Assembly (NCBI GenBank): GCA_045803545.1
Contig: JBJMOW010000005.1
Coordinates: 672,001 to 736,000 of the forward strand
Origin: Gemmatimonadaceae bacterium
GTDB lineage: Bacteria; Gemmatimonadota; Gemmatimonadetes; Gemmatimonadales; Gemmatimonadaceae
DNA length: 64,000 nucleotides
Direction: 5' to 3'
The position numbers and the translations under genes are program-made. Of the stretch, positions 40,158 to 49,308 are shown in pieces (positions within the stretch are counted from its first letter, which is position 1; every line of letters begins with the position of its first letter). Below the pieces are notes generated by a model. The model saw nothing but the letters and a program-made list of their open reading frames with translations, did no database searches and was not told the origin of the DNA.

Positions 40158-41654
40158 CTAGTTACGAATCTTGAACTTCGTCCAAACGACGATCGTGGTG
40201 CAGTCGCCCTGGCCAGCATGGGTGTACTGAGGCGGCGTACCCGGACCGTTGTAAACCTCAATCCCTACAACTTCGCGGCCATTGACGAATTGATTGACGT
40301 CGCCCGGCATGAGTGACTGCCAGGGAGAGTCATCGACATAATACTGAACACACGGCGGTGCGCCACTCAGGCTCGTCACACCACGCGTGCTCGTAACCTC
40401 TTCTCCTTGCGAACCGTAGCTGACCTGGAGACCCGGTACCGTCCGCAAAATGTCGGTCAGGTAGTTCGGCGCCAGCCGCTCGATCTGCTCCGGTCCGAGA
40501 TAGAAGCCGACACCTGATTTCTGTCGGGTCGTGAACCCGACTTTATCCAGGCTCGCCGCTCGCTTTGCGGTCACTACTACTGGCTCAATCGTCGCCACGA
40601 ACTTGGGCAGCTTGACGGAAACTTGCTTCGGCTCGTGAGAGCTCAGATCAACAGGCACCGTTTCCGCCCCGAAGCCGAGATGACGAGCGAGCAGGACGTG
40701 ACTGCCCGAAGGCAGATTGCGCATCGTGAACTGGCCTTTGTCATTCGTCATTGCGACGATGTTCGTCCCGACCAGCTCGACTCGGCTGCCGGCATTCGAG
40801 GGCGAGCCCTCGAGAATCACGGTGCCACTCACTGCAGCATTTCCTGTCTTGGCGCCCGAATCCACGCGCGACAGAAGCAAGTTGCGCAAGAAGAGCTCGG
40901 TGTCATCGGTGCCGAGCTCGATCGGCACTTCTGCCGTAACCGCGCCACCCATTCGCGCCTGCAGCGTTGCCTTCATGTCATTCGGCAGGCCGCAAATCCG
41001 ATAGTCGCCCTGGGCGTTGGTGCTGTCGCGCAGCAGACGCGGCGTCCGACGAACTCCGACCTCCTTGGAAACCTCGACCTGCGACCAGGCAATCGAGACT
41101 TCAGCTCCCTTCACCGGCAGCATGGACTCGGGATCCGTGACGCGACCGATCACCGCGGATGTTCCTTGTGCGCGTGGACCAAGCGGTGGACACCACGTCT
41201 TGATGATCGTCGTTGACGAAGGCACCGACAGCATCACGAAGCTCGAGCTGTCCGCGCCGACATAGAATTTTTTGGTCGCTAGCGACAGCCCCAGCGAGTC
41301 GAGAACCGGATGAAAGACACCCACTTGATACGTCCCCGGCTTCAGTCCGCCGATCTTGAACCTGCCAACGGAGTCACTGGTCGCGCTTTGTTGCGCGCCT
41401 TCGATTACGACTTCTGCGTGGCGGAGGTAGGTACCGTGCAGGCTGTCGACCAGCAGCCCGGTGATCTCGGCGGTTCCGGTTTTCGTTGGAACTGCGGCAA
41501 CCACGGTGTCCTTGGGCGGCTCCTTCTTGGCGGCCTGTTTTTTCTCGGCCTCCTTGCGACCGAGGATGGTCTGACGCTGCTGGGCGTGCAACGGGACGGC
41601 GCTTACCAGAATCGCCAGTGACAAGAGTGAAACGTGAATCGTGCGAAGCTGCAT
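40158..41654 (-). CDS. Secreted protein with carboxypeptidase-regulatory-like repeats and a C-terminal TonB plug-like domain, no barrel
   Basis: Signal peptide; repeated 'T/S-D/N-x-x-G-x-F/Y' beta-sandwich motifs; 'LTDILRTVPGL', 'GIEVY', 'IVVWTK'; start ATG 41654. Confidence 0.75.
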   Translation of the reverse strand: MQLRTIHVSLLSLAILVSAVPLHAQQRQTILGRKEAEKKQAAKKEPPKDTVVAAVPTKTGTAEITGLLVDSLHGTYLRHAEVVIEGAQQSATSDSVGRFKIGGLKPGTYQVGVFHPVLDSLGLSLATKKFYVGADSSSFVMLSVPSSTTIIKTWCPPLGPRAQGTSAVIGRVTDPESMLPVKGAEVSIAWSQVEVSKEVGVRRTPRLLRDSTNAQGDYRICGLPNDMKATLQARMGGAVTAEVPIELGTDDTELFLRNLLLSRVDSGAKTGNAAVSGTVILEGSPSNAGSRVELVGTNIVAMTNDKGQFTMRNLPSGSHVLLARHLGFGAETVPVDLSSHEPKQVSVKLPKFVATIEPVVVTAKRAASLDKVGFTTRQKSGVGFYLGPEQIERLAPNYLTDILRTVPGLQVSYGSQGEEVTSTRGVTSLSGAPPCVQYYVDDSPWQSLMPGDVNQFVNGREVVGIEVYNGPGTPPQYTHAGQGDCTTIVVWTKFKIRN

Positions 41655-42166
41655 TAGTCTTCCAGCGCTGGCTCGTACGCGGTCTCCGCGTGGGGAGCAA
41701 GATGTGAATGTGTGTTGATCAGACGCGCGCATGTATTCCAGCGCAGAATCGCATCATCGTTACCGCCCGGTCGGATCTCCTCGGCCTTTTCGTACCAACC
41801 CATCGCGTTGCGCAGCGCATCGTACGCCATTCCGCCACTGCCCATGCCGCCGCGATGCAGATAGGCCTGTCCACTGCGCTCCGACGCAATTCCGGTGTAA
41901 TAGAAGCGTTGGTACGGGTCGGTGATCCGCGGCAGAATCTCTTTCACTTCCTTCATGACCGTGGCGTGGCCTTCCGCGAGCTGATCGGTCAGCGCCAGTA
42001 CCAGCATCACCAATACCTGCTGGTTGTTGCCGTCGATTTCCAGAATGTCGCGGCAGATGCTCTCTGCCGCCCACGACTGGTTGATCAGCCTGTAGCGTTC
42101 CGCCTTTTGAACCGCGCGCGGAACTGCCTCCTTCGAGATCGGCTTGAGTCTGATGTGATCCTTCAA
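41654..42166 (-). CDS. Hypothetical TPR-like helical protein coupled to sdhB
   Basis: 'KAERYRLINQ...AESICRDIL', 'YYTGI', 'WYEKAE', 'NDDAILRWNTCAR'; overlaps both neighbours. Confidence 0.72.
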   Translation of the reverse strand: MKDHIRLKPISKEAVPRAVQKAERYRLINQSWAAESICRDILEIDGNNQQVLVMLVLALTDQLAEGHATVMKEVKEILPRITDPYQRFYYTGIASERSGQAYLHRGGMGSGGMAYDALRNAMGWYEKAEEIRPGGNDDAILRWNTCARLINTHSHLAPHAETAYEPALED

Positions 42167-43053
42167 CGCCCGTCCTCGCGCACCGCGTCTCCTTCCTCTC
42201 GCCTACCGCTTCCGGCCTTCCTACCCCGAATCAACCGCACGAGTTTCCCCAGAGGGTCATAGTGCCTGTCCACCACCCTCTCTTTGAGCGGGATGATCGC
42301 GTTGTCCGTGATCGTAATGTGTTCCGGACACACTTTGGTGCAGCACTTGGTGATGTTGCAGTAACCAATGCCATGGTTTTCCTTGAGCTCGTCACGGCGG
42401 TCGAGGATGTCGAGGGGATGCATTTCCAGCTGGGCGGCATGTACAAGCAGCCGTGGCCCGACGAACTGTTCGTGGAGCTGATGATCCCGCAGAACGTGAC
42501 AGACGTTCTGACACAGGAAGCATTCGATGCACTTTCTGAATTCCTGGACCCGGTCTACGTCGTACTGGGTCATCCTCCAGGTGCCATCGGGAGCGTCGGC
42601 CGCGCGAGGCGTGAACTTCCGAATTCGCTTCTTCGCCCGAAAGTTCGAAGAGACATCAGTCACGAGATCCTTCACGGGCGGGAACGCCCTCATCGGCTCG
42701 ATCGTAACCGGCGCTGACAAATCGAGCTCGCTCAGGCGCGTCATGCACATCAGACGCGGAATGCCGTTGACCTCCGCCGAGCACGAGCCGCACTTGCCGG
42801 CTTTGCAGTTCCAGCGCACCGCCAGATCGGTCGCCTGGTCGGCCTGGATCTGATGGACCGCATCCAGGACCACCATGCCCTCGGAGACTTCTGCTGAATA
42901 ATCGGTCAGCTTGCCTTGCGCGCCGCTGCCGCGCCAGACCCTGAACGTCGCGGTACGCGTCTGAGTACCGGCGCTGGTGTTACTGCGTGCCGCGGCGCGC
43001 TGGCCGCTCTCGACGACATTCCGTGCCAGGCGCTCAGTGGCCATGCGGCTCAT
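42163..43053 (-). CDS. sdhB: Succinate dehydrogenase/fumarate reductase iron-sulfur subunit
   Basis: 'NCKAGKCGSC...MC', 'CIECFLCQNVC', 'CNITKCCTKVCP'. Confidence 0.92.
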   Translation of the reverse strand: MSRMATERLARNVVESGQRAAARSNTSAGTQTRTATFRVWRGSGAQGKLTDYSAEVSEGMVVLDAVHQIQADQATDLAVRWNCKAGKCGSCSAEVNGIPRLMCMTRLSELDLSAPVTIEPMRAFPPVKDLVTDVSSNFRAKKRIRKFTPRAADAPDGTWRMTQYDVDRVQEFRKCIECFLCQNVCHVLRDHQLHEQFVGPRLLVHAAQLEMHPLDILDRRDELKENHGIGYCNITKCCTKVCPEHITITDNAIIPLKERVVDRHYDPLGKLVRLIRGRKAGSGRREEGDAVREDGR

Positions 43054-43081
43054 ACCTCCGGGGGAAAACAGCGCCCGCCTG

Positions 43082-44896
43082 TCATTTATTCTCCTCGATG
43101 ATCTTCTTCAGATTATCGGGCATCTCCGGAATCGGCTCGCGTATCACCTGCATCTCGCCGTTCGGGCCACGCTTGATGACGATGTTGAACTTCGCGTAAC
43201 TCGGGTCCTTTTCAGGATAATCGTCGCGGAAGTGACCACCGCGACTTTCTTTTCGCTCCAGCGCCGCGCGAGCAACGATCTCCGACACCGTCAACAGGTT
43301 CTGCAGATCGAGCGCAGTGTGCCACCCTGGATTGTACTCGCGGTTTCCCGTCACCGATACCTTGCTCGATCGGTCGCGCAGCGACTTGAGACGCTCGATG
43401 GCCGTTTTTATCTCGTCTTCACGGCGGACGATGCCGACGAGTTCCTGCATCGTCGACTGCAAATCATGCTCGACCTTGTACGGCCCCTCGCCGTTCGTCG
43501 TGCGGTTGAACGGGTCGAGCGCAGCGCCAACTACCGCGTCGGCCTGCTGAGAATCGACGCGCGTCGCAGCCTGTCGAGCCGCGAATTCCGCTGCGTACTT
43601 CCCCGCGCGCATGCCGAACACCAACAAATCCGATAGCGAGTTTCCTCCCAGGCGGTTTGCGCCGTGCAAACCAGCCCCAACCTCGCCCGCGGCGAATAGG
43701 CCAGGCACAGTCGACATCTGGGTATCGCCGTCAACGCGAACGCCGCCCATCACATAGTGAGTAGTGGGACCGACTTCCATCGGCTCCTTGGTGATGTCGA
43801 TGTCGGCGAGCTGTTTGAATTGGTGATACATGCTGGGCAGCTTCTTCTTGATGTGTTCTTGGGCGTTCGAGAGCTTCGCCCCAATCCACGAGATGTCGAG
43901 AAACACGCCGCCGTGCGGGCTTCCCCTGCCCTCGCGCACTTCTTTGACGATCGCGCGCGCGACGTGATCGCGTGTGAGTAGCTCGGGCGGACGGCGCGCA
44001 TTCTTGTCGCCCTGCGTGTAGCGCCAACCTTCTTCCTCGCTGTCTGCGGTTTGATTGCGGTAGTTCTCGGGAATGTCGTCGAACATGAATCGCTTGCCCT
44101 CACGATTCACGAGGATCCCGCCTTCTCCGCGCACACCTTCCGTGACGAGAATCCCGCGCACGCTTGGCGGCCAAACCATTCCCGTCGGATGGAACTGCAC
44201 GAACTCCATGTCCTGTAGTGCGGCTCCCGCGTTGTAAGCGAGCGCGTGTCCATCACCGGTGTACTCCCAGCTGTTGCTGGTGACGCTGAACGCGCGACCA
44301 ATTCCTCCAGTGGCGAGGATCACCGCTTTCGCCGCGAACAGCTTGAATCTTCCACGCTCGCGGTCATAGCCGATTGCTCCGGCGATCCTGTTGCCGTCCT
44401 TCAGCAGCGACACGATCGTGCATTCCATGTGCACATCGATCGGCTGGTGCACCGCATAGTCCTGCAGAGTGCGAATTATCTCGAGGCCGGTGCGATCGCC
44501 GACGTGCGCCAGCCGCGGATATTTGTGGCCGCCAAAGTTGCGTTGGAGAATTCTGCCGTCTGGAGTGCGATCGAAGACGGCGCCCCAGGCCTCGAGCTCG
44601 TTCACCCGAGCGGGAGCTTCCTTCGCGTGCAGCTCCGCCATGCGCCAGTTATTCAGATACTGACCCCCGCGCATGGTGTCCGCGAAATGAACCCGCCAGT
44701 TGTCTCGATCGTCGACGTTGGCCAATGCTGCGGCCACCCCTCCTTCAGCCATCACCGTGTGCGCCTTTCCCAGAAGTGATTTGCAGATAAGGCCCACCGA
44801 TGCGCCTTCGTGCGCAGCTTCAATCGCAGCCCGCAAACCGGCGCCGCCTGCACCAATCACGAGCACGTCATGCTCGTGACGCTGGAACTCAGCCAC
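43082..44896 (-). CDS. sdhA: Succinate dehydrogenase/fumarate reductase flavoprotein subunit
   Basis: 'IGAGGAG', covalent-FAD motif 'KAHTVMAEGG', 'QFHPTG', 'HYVMGG', 'HGANRLGGNSL', 'ESRGGHFR'. Confidence 0.93.
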   Translation of the reverse strand: MAEFQRHEHDVLVIGAGGAGLRAAIEAAHEGASVGLICKSLLGKAHTVMAEGGVAAALANVDDRDNWRVHFADTMRGGQYLNNWRMAELHAKEAPARVNELEAWGAVFDRTPDGRILQRNFGGHKYPRLAHVGDRTGLEIIRTLQDYAVHQPIDVHMECTIVSLLKDGNRIAGAIGYDRERGRFKLFAAKAVILATGGIGRAFSVTSNSWEYTGDGHALAYNAGAALQDMEFVQFHPTGMVWPPSVRGILVTEGVRGEGGILVNREGKRFMFDDIPENYRNQTADSEEEGWRYTQGDKNARRPPELLTRDHVARAIVKEVREGRGSPHGGVFLDISWIGAKLSNAQEHIKKKLPSMYHQFKQLADIDITKEPMEVGPTTHYVMGGVRVDGDTQMSTVPGLFAAGEVGAGLHGANRLGGNSLSDLLVFGMRAGKYAAEFAARQAATRVDSQQADAVVGAALDPFNRTTNGEGPYKVEHDLQSTMQELVGIVRREDEIKTAIERLKSLRDRSSKVSVTGNREYNPGWHTALDLQNLLTVSEIVARAALERKESRGGHFRDDYPEKDPSYAKFNIVIKRGPNGEMQVIREPIPEMPDNLKKIIEENK

Positions 44897-45703
44897 TTAC
44901 AGGAGTCTCACGTCGTGCCAGACACCCATCGCGCACAGACGAATGAAGACGTCAGAGAACGCGACCCAAAACAGGCTGATCCAGGCCCAGCGCATGTGAC
45001 CGCGGTTGAGGCAGCTGACACAGTCGTAGGATGTCTTGCGGACGGGCGCGCGTGAAAGCTGGTCCAAATAGCCGCCAACGAGATGGCGCAGCGAGTGACA
45101 TCCGAGTGTGTATCCGCCGAGGAATACGACGTTGAGCGTCAGCACGATGGTGCCAATACCGATACCGAAATTCTGGTGTCCGGTGTTGCGATCGAAAAAC
45201 CACATCGCCTTGTACGCGTCGCTGGCGAGAATCACCAGAAAAATCAACGCGGCATAGAGGAAGTAGCGATGGATGTTCTGGACGACCAGCGGGAGATAGC
45301 GTTCGCCGCGATAGCTCTTGCGTGGCTCGCCCACTGCGCAGTTGGGGGGGTCGGCCCAGAAGCTCTTGTAGTACGCTCCCCTATAGTAGTAGCAGGTGAG
45401 ACGAAATCCGGCCGGAAAAGGCAGGATGATCAGTGCGGGTGAAAAGGGGATGAAGTTCGGCAGCCAGCCGGGTCGACCGCCGTGAATCCATGCGTGCGGC
45501 GAATCCGAGAACAGCAGTGGTGAATAGAACGGCGAGAGGTAGTTGCCGAACGCGAAGAACTGGTTCTGGAGCGCTGCCCAGGTGGCATAGACCAGAAACG
45601 CCGTGAGGATGATGAACACCACCAGCGGTTGGACCCACCATGCGTCGCGGCGCATCGTCTGACCGAAGCCGCGACGGGTGAGTTGCACAACATCAGACGC
45701 CAT
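44897..45703 (-). CDS. Sdh membrane anchor, mycobacterial Sdh1 (Rv0249c)-like
   Basis: Multi-TM; 'YLSPFYSP', 'FRLTCYYYRGAYY', 'QNIHRYF', 'GCHSLRHLVGG', 'HMRWAW'; first gene of the sdh operon. Confidence 0.82.
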   Translation of the reverse strand: MASDVVQLTRRGFGQTMRRDAWWVQPLVVFIILTAFLVYATWAALQNQFFAFGNYLSPFYSPLLFSDSPHAWIHGGRPGWLPNFIPFSPALIILPFPAGFRLTCYYYRGAYYKSFWADPPNCAVGEPRKSYRGERYLPLVVQNIHRYFLYAALIFLVILASDAYKAMWFFDRNTGHQNFGIGIGTIVLTLNVVFLGGYTLGCHSLRHLVGGYLDQLSRAPVRKTSYDCVSCLNRGHMRWAWISLFWVAFSDVFIRLCAMGVWHDVRLL

Positions 45704-45804
45704 CTAGCAGCACTCCAGCGCTTTAGCGCGTGCGTGTGAAGTCAACGAGCCGACATCGCAAAGTTAGTTTTGGCTCTGGTGCGCTGGAAGTCTTGCGTCG
45801 AACG

Positions 45805-45843
45805 CAAAGAGCCTCCGATGCAATGCGCATCGGAGGCTCTTTG
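45805..45843 (-). terminator. 17-bp perfect stem downstream of the Spy/CpxP gene
   Basis: CAAAGAGCCTCCGATGC-AATGC-GCATCGGAGGCTCTTTG. Confidence 0.7.
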
Positions 45844-45891
45844 TATGAATCTGGTTGTGTTTCAGACGATCTTGCCGACCAGGCCTTAGCC

Positions 45892-46404
45892 TTAGGTGCC
45901 CTTCTTCACGCCTTTCTCACCCTTCTTCCAGCCCTTTCCTCCCATCGCGCGGCGATCGGCCATTTCCTTCTGCCGAGCGTCGAACTTGGTCTGCTGCTCG
46001 GGCGTCAGGACGTTGCGGATCTCGCTGGTTTCCTGGGTCTGGATCGGCTGAGACAGAGCACGGGCTTGCTGCATGTTGCTGCGGAATGCCGCAGTGTCGC
46101 CCTTCTGACGCGCCGCGCGCGCGGCATCCATCAGAGGCTTCTGCTGTGTGCGAAGGGACTGGAATTGCGTCTTGTACTTCTCGCGGATCGTTTTGATCTG
46201 CGCCTTTTGCGCGGCAGTCAGGTTAAGATCGGCATAAAAATCACGACCGCCGCCTTTGCGACCGCGGAACTCACCAGCGGCGCGAGGGCCGCGGCGATAC
46301 GCGCCACTATCGGGACGGGTCGGAGCTGCTGTTGACTGCGCCGCTGCAACGCCAGCCGCGCCAACCAGCATCAGGGCGCCAAGCGCCAGAGTACGAACAG
46401 ACAT
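45892..46404 (-). CDS. Spy/CpxP family periplasmic chaperone
   Basis: Signal peptide; two LTxxQ motifs ('LNLTAAQKAQ', 'VLTPEQ'); SD GGAGG. Confidence 0.88.
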   Translation of the reverse strand: MSVRTLALGALMLVGAAGVAAAQSTAAPTRPDSGAYRRGPRAAGEFRGRKGGGRDFYADLNLTAAQKAQIKTIREKYKTQFQSLRTQQKPLMDAARAARQKGDTAAFRSNMQQARALSQPIQTQETSEIRNVLTPEQQTKFDARQKEMADRRAMGGKGWKKGEKGVKKGT

Positions 46405-46460
46405 TCAAACCTCCACAACTGTTAAACGGCCGGCCGCGGAGTGCGGTTGGCTCAGCTGTG

Positions 46461-46489
46461 TTAGACGGGGGCCACCGGGCGACGTTAAT
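46461..46489 (-). promoter_or_regulatory. Putative ECF-sigma promoter of the Spy/CpxP gene
   Basis: ATTAAC-16 nt-CGTCTAA (AAC...CGT pattern). Confidence 0.45.
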
Positions 46490-46538
46490 GCGCCAATCCG
46501 TCGAGTTACGGACCGAGGACTCTAGGAGCCAACTACCG

Positions 46539-46700
46539 CGCTATTAGCTGATAGCAGCACGCTGTTAGCTGATGGCTGCCTGCAACGGGGCAGGTCGCGA
46601 CCATCCTGAGGAAAAGCCGGTTGTTATTGCGAATGCGAAGGAGGCCTGTCCCGTCGCTTGCAGCGAATAGCTATCAGCCAGCTGCTATCAGCTAATAGCG
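46539..46700. repeat. 162-nt nested inverted-repeat element (candidate structured RNA or MITE)
   Basis: Perfect 20-bp terminal IR CGCTATTAGCTGATAGCAGC/GCTGCTATCAGCTAATAGCG plus inner stems. Confidence 0.8.
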
Positions 46701-46714
46701 AGGCAGTTCCCCAC

Positions 46715-46741
46715 AAAAAAGGGCCGAGCAAAGCTCGGCCC
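46715..46741 (-). terminator. Intrinsic terminator of the uppS operon
   Basis: GGGCCGAGC-TTT-GCTCGGCCC followed by T6 on the minus strand. Confidence 0.85.
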
Positions 46742-46771
46742 ATACCTTTTCAAAGTCTTAGTCCGCAGTCC

Positions 46772-47539
46772 TCAGCCAGCAGCAGCCTCAGGAACGCGGC
46801 CGTACCTTCTCTCCCTCGAGTTGAACTCGGCCACCGCGCCAGCAAGATCGGCCGACGTAAATTCAGGCCAGCGCCGCTCAGTGAAGTAGAGCTCGGCGTA
46901 AGCGCATTCCCAAAGCATGAAGTCGCTGAGACGCTGCTCGCCGCCAGTTCGAATGAGTAAGTCGACGTCTCGGCATTCACCATCCCAGCGGTCGACGTCG
47001 CACATCGCGCGTGAAAGGGCTTCGCGCGTCACGGCGCCAGTGTCGGCGAGCCGCGCCGCGGCACGAACCAGCGCATCACGCGACGAGTAGTCAACCGCGA
47101 TCCGCAGGTCGAGACGAGTGCCGTGCTTCGTCGCTTCCTCGGCCGCATTGATCGCGCGCAGCAGCTCCGATGGAATCCGATCGCGACGACCGATGATGCG
47201 CATCCGTACATCGTTGGTGACGCAGCGATCGGTCTCGGCCACCAGGTAGCGGCGGAAGAGACGCATCAGCAGCGCAACCTCGCGCGACGGTCGTGCCCAG
47301 TTGTCCGCGGAGAAAGCATACAGAGTGAGCATGCCGATGCCGCAGTCAGGGGCAGCTTCGACGATCTTTCTTACGACGCGCGCGCCGGCAACGTGACCGG
47401 CGGTGCGCGGCCGGCCACGCGATGTTGCCCAGCGACCGTTTCCATCCATGATGATTGCGACATGGATGCCCGACTGCGCCGGGGTCAGATGCGCACGCGC
47501 TTGATTGTGAGAATGTGTATGCTGGTGGGTCTGAGACAC
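46772..47539 (-). CDS. uppS: cis-prenyltransferase (undecaprenyl diphosphate synthase family)
   Basis: '[13 protein letters not shown]', '[12 protein letters not shown]', '[25 protein letters not shown]', 'RERRYG'. Confidence 0.9.
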   Translation of the reverse strand: MSQTHQHTHSHNQARAHLTPAQSGIHVAIIMDGNGRWATSRGRPRTAGHVAGARVVRKIVEAAPDCGIGMLTLYAFSADNWARPSREVALLMRLFRRYLVAETDRCVTNDVRMRIIGRRDRIPSELLRAINAAEEATKHGTRLDLRIAVDYSSRDALVRAAARLADTGAVTREALSRAMCDVDRWDGECRDVDLLIRTGGEQRLSDFMLWECAYAELYFTERRWPEFTSADLAGAVAEFNSRERRYGRVPEAAAG

Positions 47540-47542
47540 GTT

Positions 47543-47938
47543 CTAGCGCTCCCGCGTGGCGCGGATCAGCGCCTCCATGTGATCGAGATAGCGTTCGAGT
47601 GCACGACGACCAGTGGCAGTGAGCCGATACTCCGTCTTGGGCATCCGGCCCTCAAACGACTTCGTGCAAGTGATGTATTCGGCTTCTTCCAGCTTGCGCG
47701 CGTGCACGCTGAGATTGCCGTCAGTCGTCTTCATCAGTTTTTTGAGATCGCTGAAGCTGAGCGAGTCGTTGACGGCGAGCGCGCTGACGATGCCGAGTCG
47801 CAGGCGTTCATGAATCAGCCGATCGAGCACGTCCGCGCGCGCCGATGCAGGTGCAATCGGCTCGGCTTTTCCGCGCACTGTGCGTAAGTCTCCCATGTTC
47901 GGTCGGCGATCGTCGCGAGCAGTGCCGTGCTTAGCCAC
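47543..47938 (-). CDS. Winged-helix transcriptional regulator (HTH_34/ArsR-MarR-like)
   Basis: 'LDRLIHERLRLGIVSAL', 'TDGNLSVHARKLEEA', 'PKTEYRLT'; GTG start overlaps the upstream gene end. Confidence 0.88.
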   Translation of the reverse strand: MAKHGTARDDRRPNMGDLRTVRGKAEPIAPASARADVLDRLIHERLRLGIVSALAVNDSLSFSDLKKLMKTTDGNLSVHARKLEEAEYITCTKSFEGRMPKTEYRLTATGRRALERYLDHMEALIRATRER

Positions 47939-48548
47939 CGTGTCTCCGCGCGACCGGAATGCCAAAAGCTATGTGCAAGCCGCCGAACGCCGCTGCCATT
48001 ATCCAGTCATTCCATGTCGCCGGAGTGAACAGTGCCAGCATACCAGCGAGCATGAAGCAGATACCCATCACCGGAATGAGTCGCACCGAGAACGCGCCGC
48101 CGGCGACAACCGCAGTTCCATAGAGTAGTAGCCACATTCCCGGGATGGCGGCAACGACCCCAGCGCGGTAGAGCACGATCGTCAGCAGTGCACCGACGAG
48201 CATCGGAGGCGAAAAGCTGAGAAGGAATTTCCGGCCCGGACCGGAGAGTAGCGGCATGTGCGCGCGGCGCGCCTTGCGCCAGATCGCCCATGCACTAACC
48301 ACTGGTGCCAGCACTGCCGCGGCGATCCAGACGTAAATGGAGCGAAGCACCGTGTGCTGCGACGACGCGATCGTCGCGGCGACTGTGGCGATCAGGCCAA
48401 CCGCGACCATTCCCCAGCCGGAAACGGCGGTGAAAGATCCCGCTTTCTCCATCGTGTCGCGAATGAAAGCGAGGTTGTCCATCGCGCGCGCGTGTAGCGC
48501 CGGTGGTTCGGGCGTGGGCGCGCGGTGTAGTGGACGCACTGATGCCAT
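47931..48548 (-). CDS. Hypothetical multi-pass membrane protein
   Basis: 'AMDNLAFIRDTME' then about six hydrophobic segments; 'FGGLHIAFG'. Confidence 0.8.
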   Translation of the reverse strand: MASVRPLHRAPTPEPPALHARAMDNLAFIRDTMEKAGSFTAVSGWGMVAVGLIATVAATIASSQHTVLRSIYVWIAAAVLAPVVSAWAIWRKARRAHMPLLSGPGRKFLLSFSPPMLVGALLTIVLYRAGVVAAIPGMWLLLYGTAVVAGGAFSVRLIPVMGICFMLAGMLALFTPATWNDWIMAAAFGGLHIAFGIPVARRHGG

Positions 48549-48555
48549 GGGCTGG

Positions 48556-48605
48556 AAACTACAGGTTTAATCGATCACTGTCAAGTACTTTACGCTGTAA
48601 AGTAC
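48556..48605 (-). promoter_or_regulatory. Sigma-70 promoter (leaderless) with adjacent palindromic operator
   Basis: TTGACA(48584-48579)-17 nt-TAGTTT(48561-48556)-7 nt-ATG; palindrome GTACTTTAC-N3-GTAAAGTAC at 48585-48605 abuts the -35. Confidence 0.75.
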
Positions 48606-48684
48606 GATGAGGACGCTCGGGGAATTACTACCCCGCGACCGGCCGGCTTCGCTCGCCGACCACTTAGCTACTTCGCCAGTACGG

Positions 48685-49308
48685 TCAGGACAGGGAGATC
48701 GGCCCCGGCAGGGGGTCGCTCGCCGGGAACGTCTGCTCGACCATCTTGTCGAGTCTGCGCTCATCGATGGCGTTGGTCAACAGCTCGACGAGATGCGCGC
48801 AAAACGCCGGTAGATCATCCGGTTTGCGGCTGGTGAGAAGCTTTTGGTCGAGCTGCACCTGCTTGTCGACCCAGGCTCCGCCTGCGTTCCTGATGTCGGT
48901 CTCCAGGCTCGGCCACGAGGTGATCGTTCGGCCGCGTACCGCATCCGCCTCCACCAGTAGCCATGGCCCGTGACAGATGGCAGCTACCGGCTTGTCCAGC
49001 TCCATGAATTCACGCACCAGGCCAACCGCCTTATTATTGGTGCGGAGCTTGTCGGGATTGGCGACACCGCCGGGCAAAACGAGTGCGTCGAAATCGCGCG
49101 CGGTCACGGCGGCAACGTCCAGGTCGACGGGGAAGGTTTGGCCCTTCTCCTCATGATTGACCGACTGGATTTCGCCGGCCTTGTCAGAGACAAGCTTCAC
49201 GTCGGCGCCCGCCTGCTTCAGCGCGTTCCATGGCGCAGTGAACTCCACCTGCTCAACGCCGTCGGTGGCGAGAAATGCAACCCTGCGTCCCACAAGCTGG
49301 CCAGCCAT
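48685..49308 (-). CDS. PfpI/DJ-1 (YhbO-like) type 1 glutamine amidotransferase-domain protein
   Basis: 'DGVEQVE', 'LPGGVANPD', 'AICHGPW', 'TSRKPDDLPAF'; SD AGGAG before ATG 49308. Confidence 0.92.
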   Translation of the reverse strand: MAGQLVGRRVAFLATDGVEQVEFTAPWNALKQAGADVKLVSDKAGEIQSVNHEEKGQTFPVDLDVAAVTARDFDALVLPGGVANPDKLRTNNKAVGLVREFMELDKPVAAICHGPWLLVEADAVRGRTITSWPSLETDIRNAGGAWVDKQVQLDQKLLTSRKPDDLPAFCAHLVELLTNAIDERRLDKMVEQTFPASDPLPGPISLS

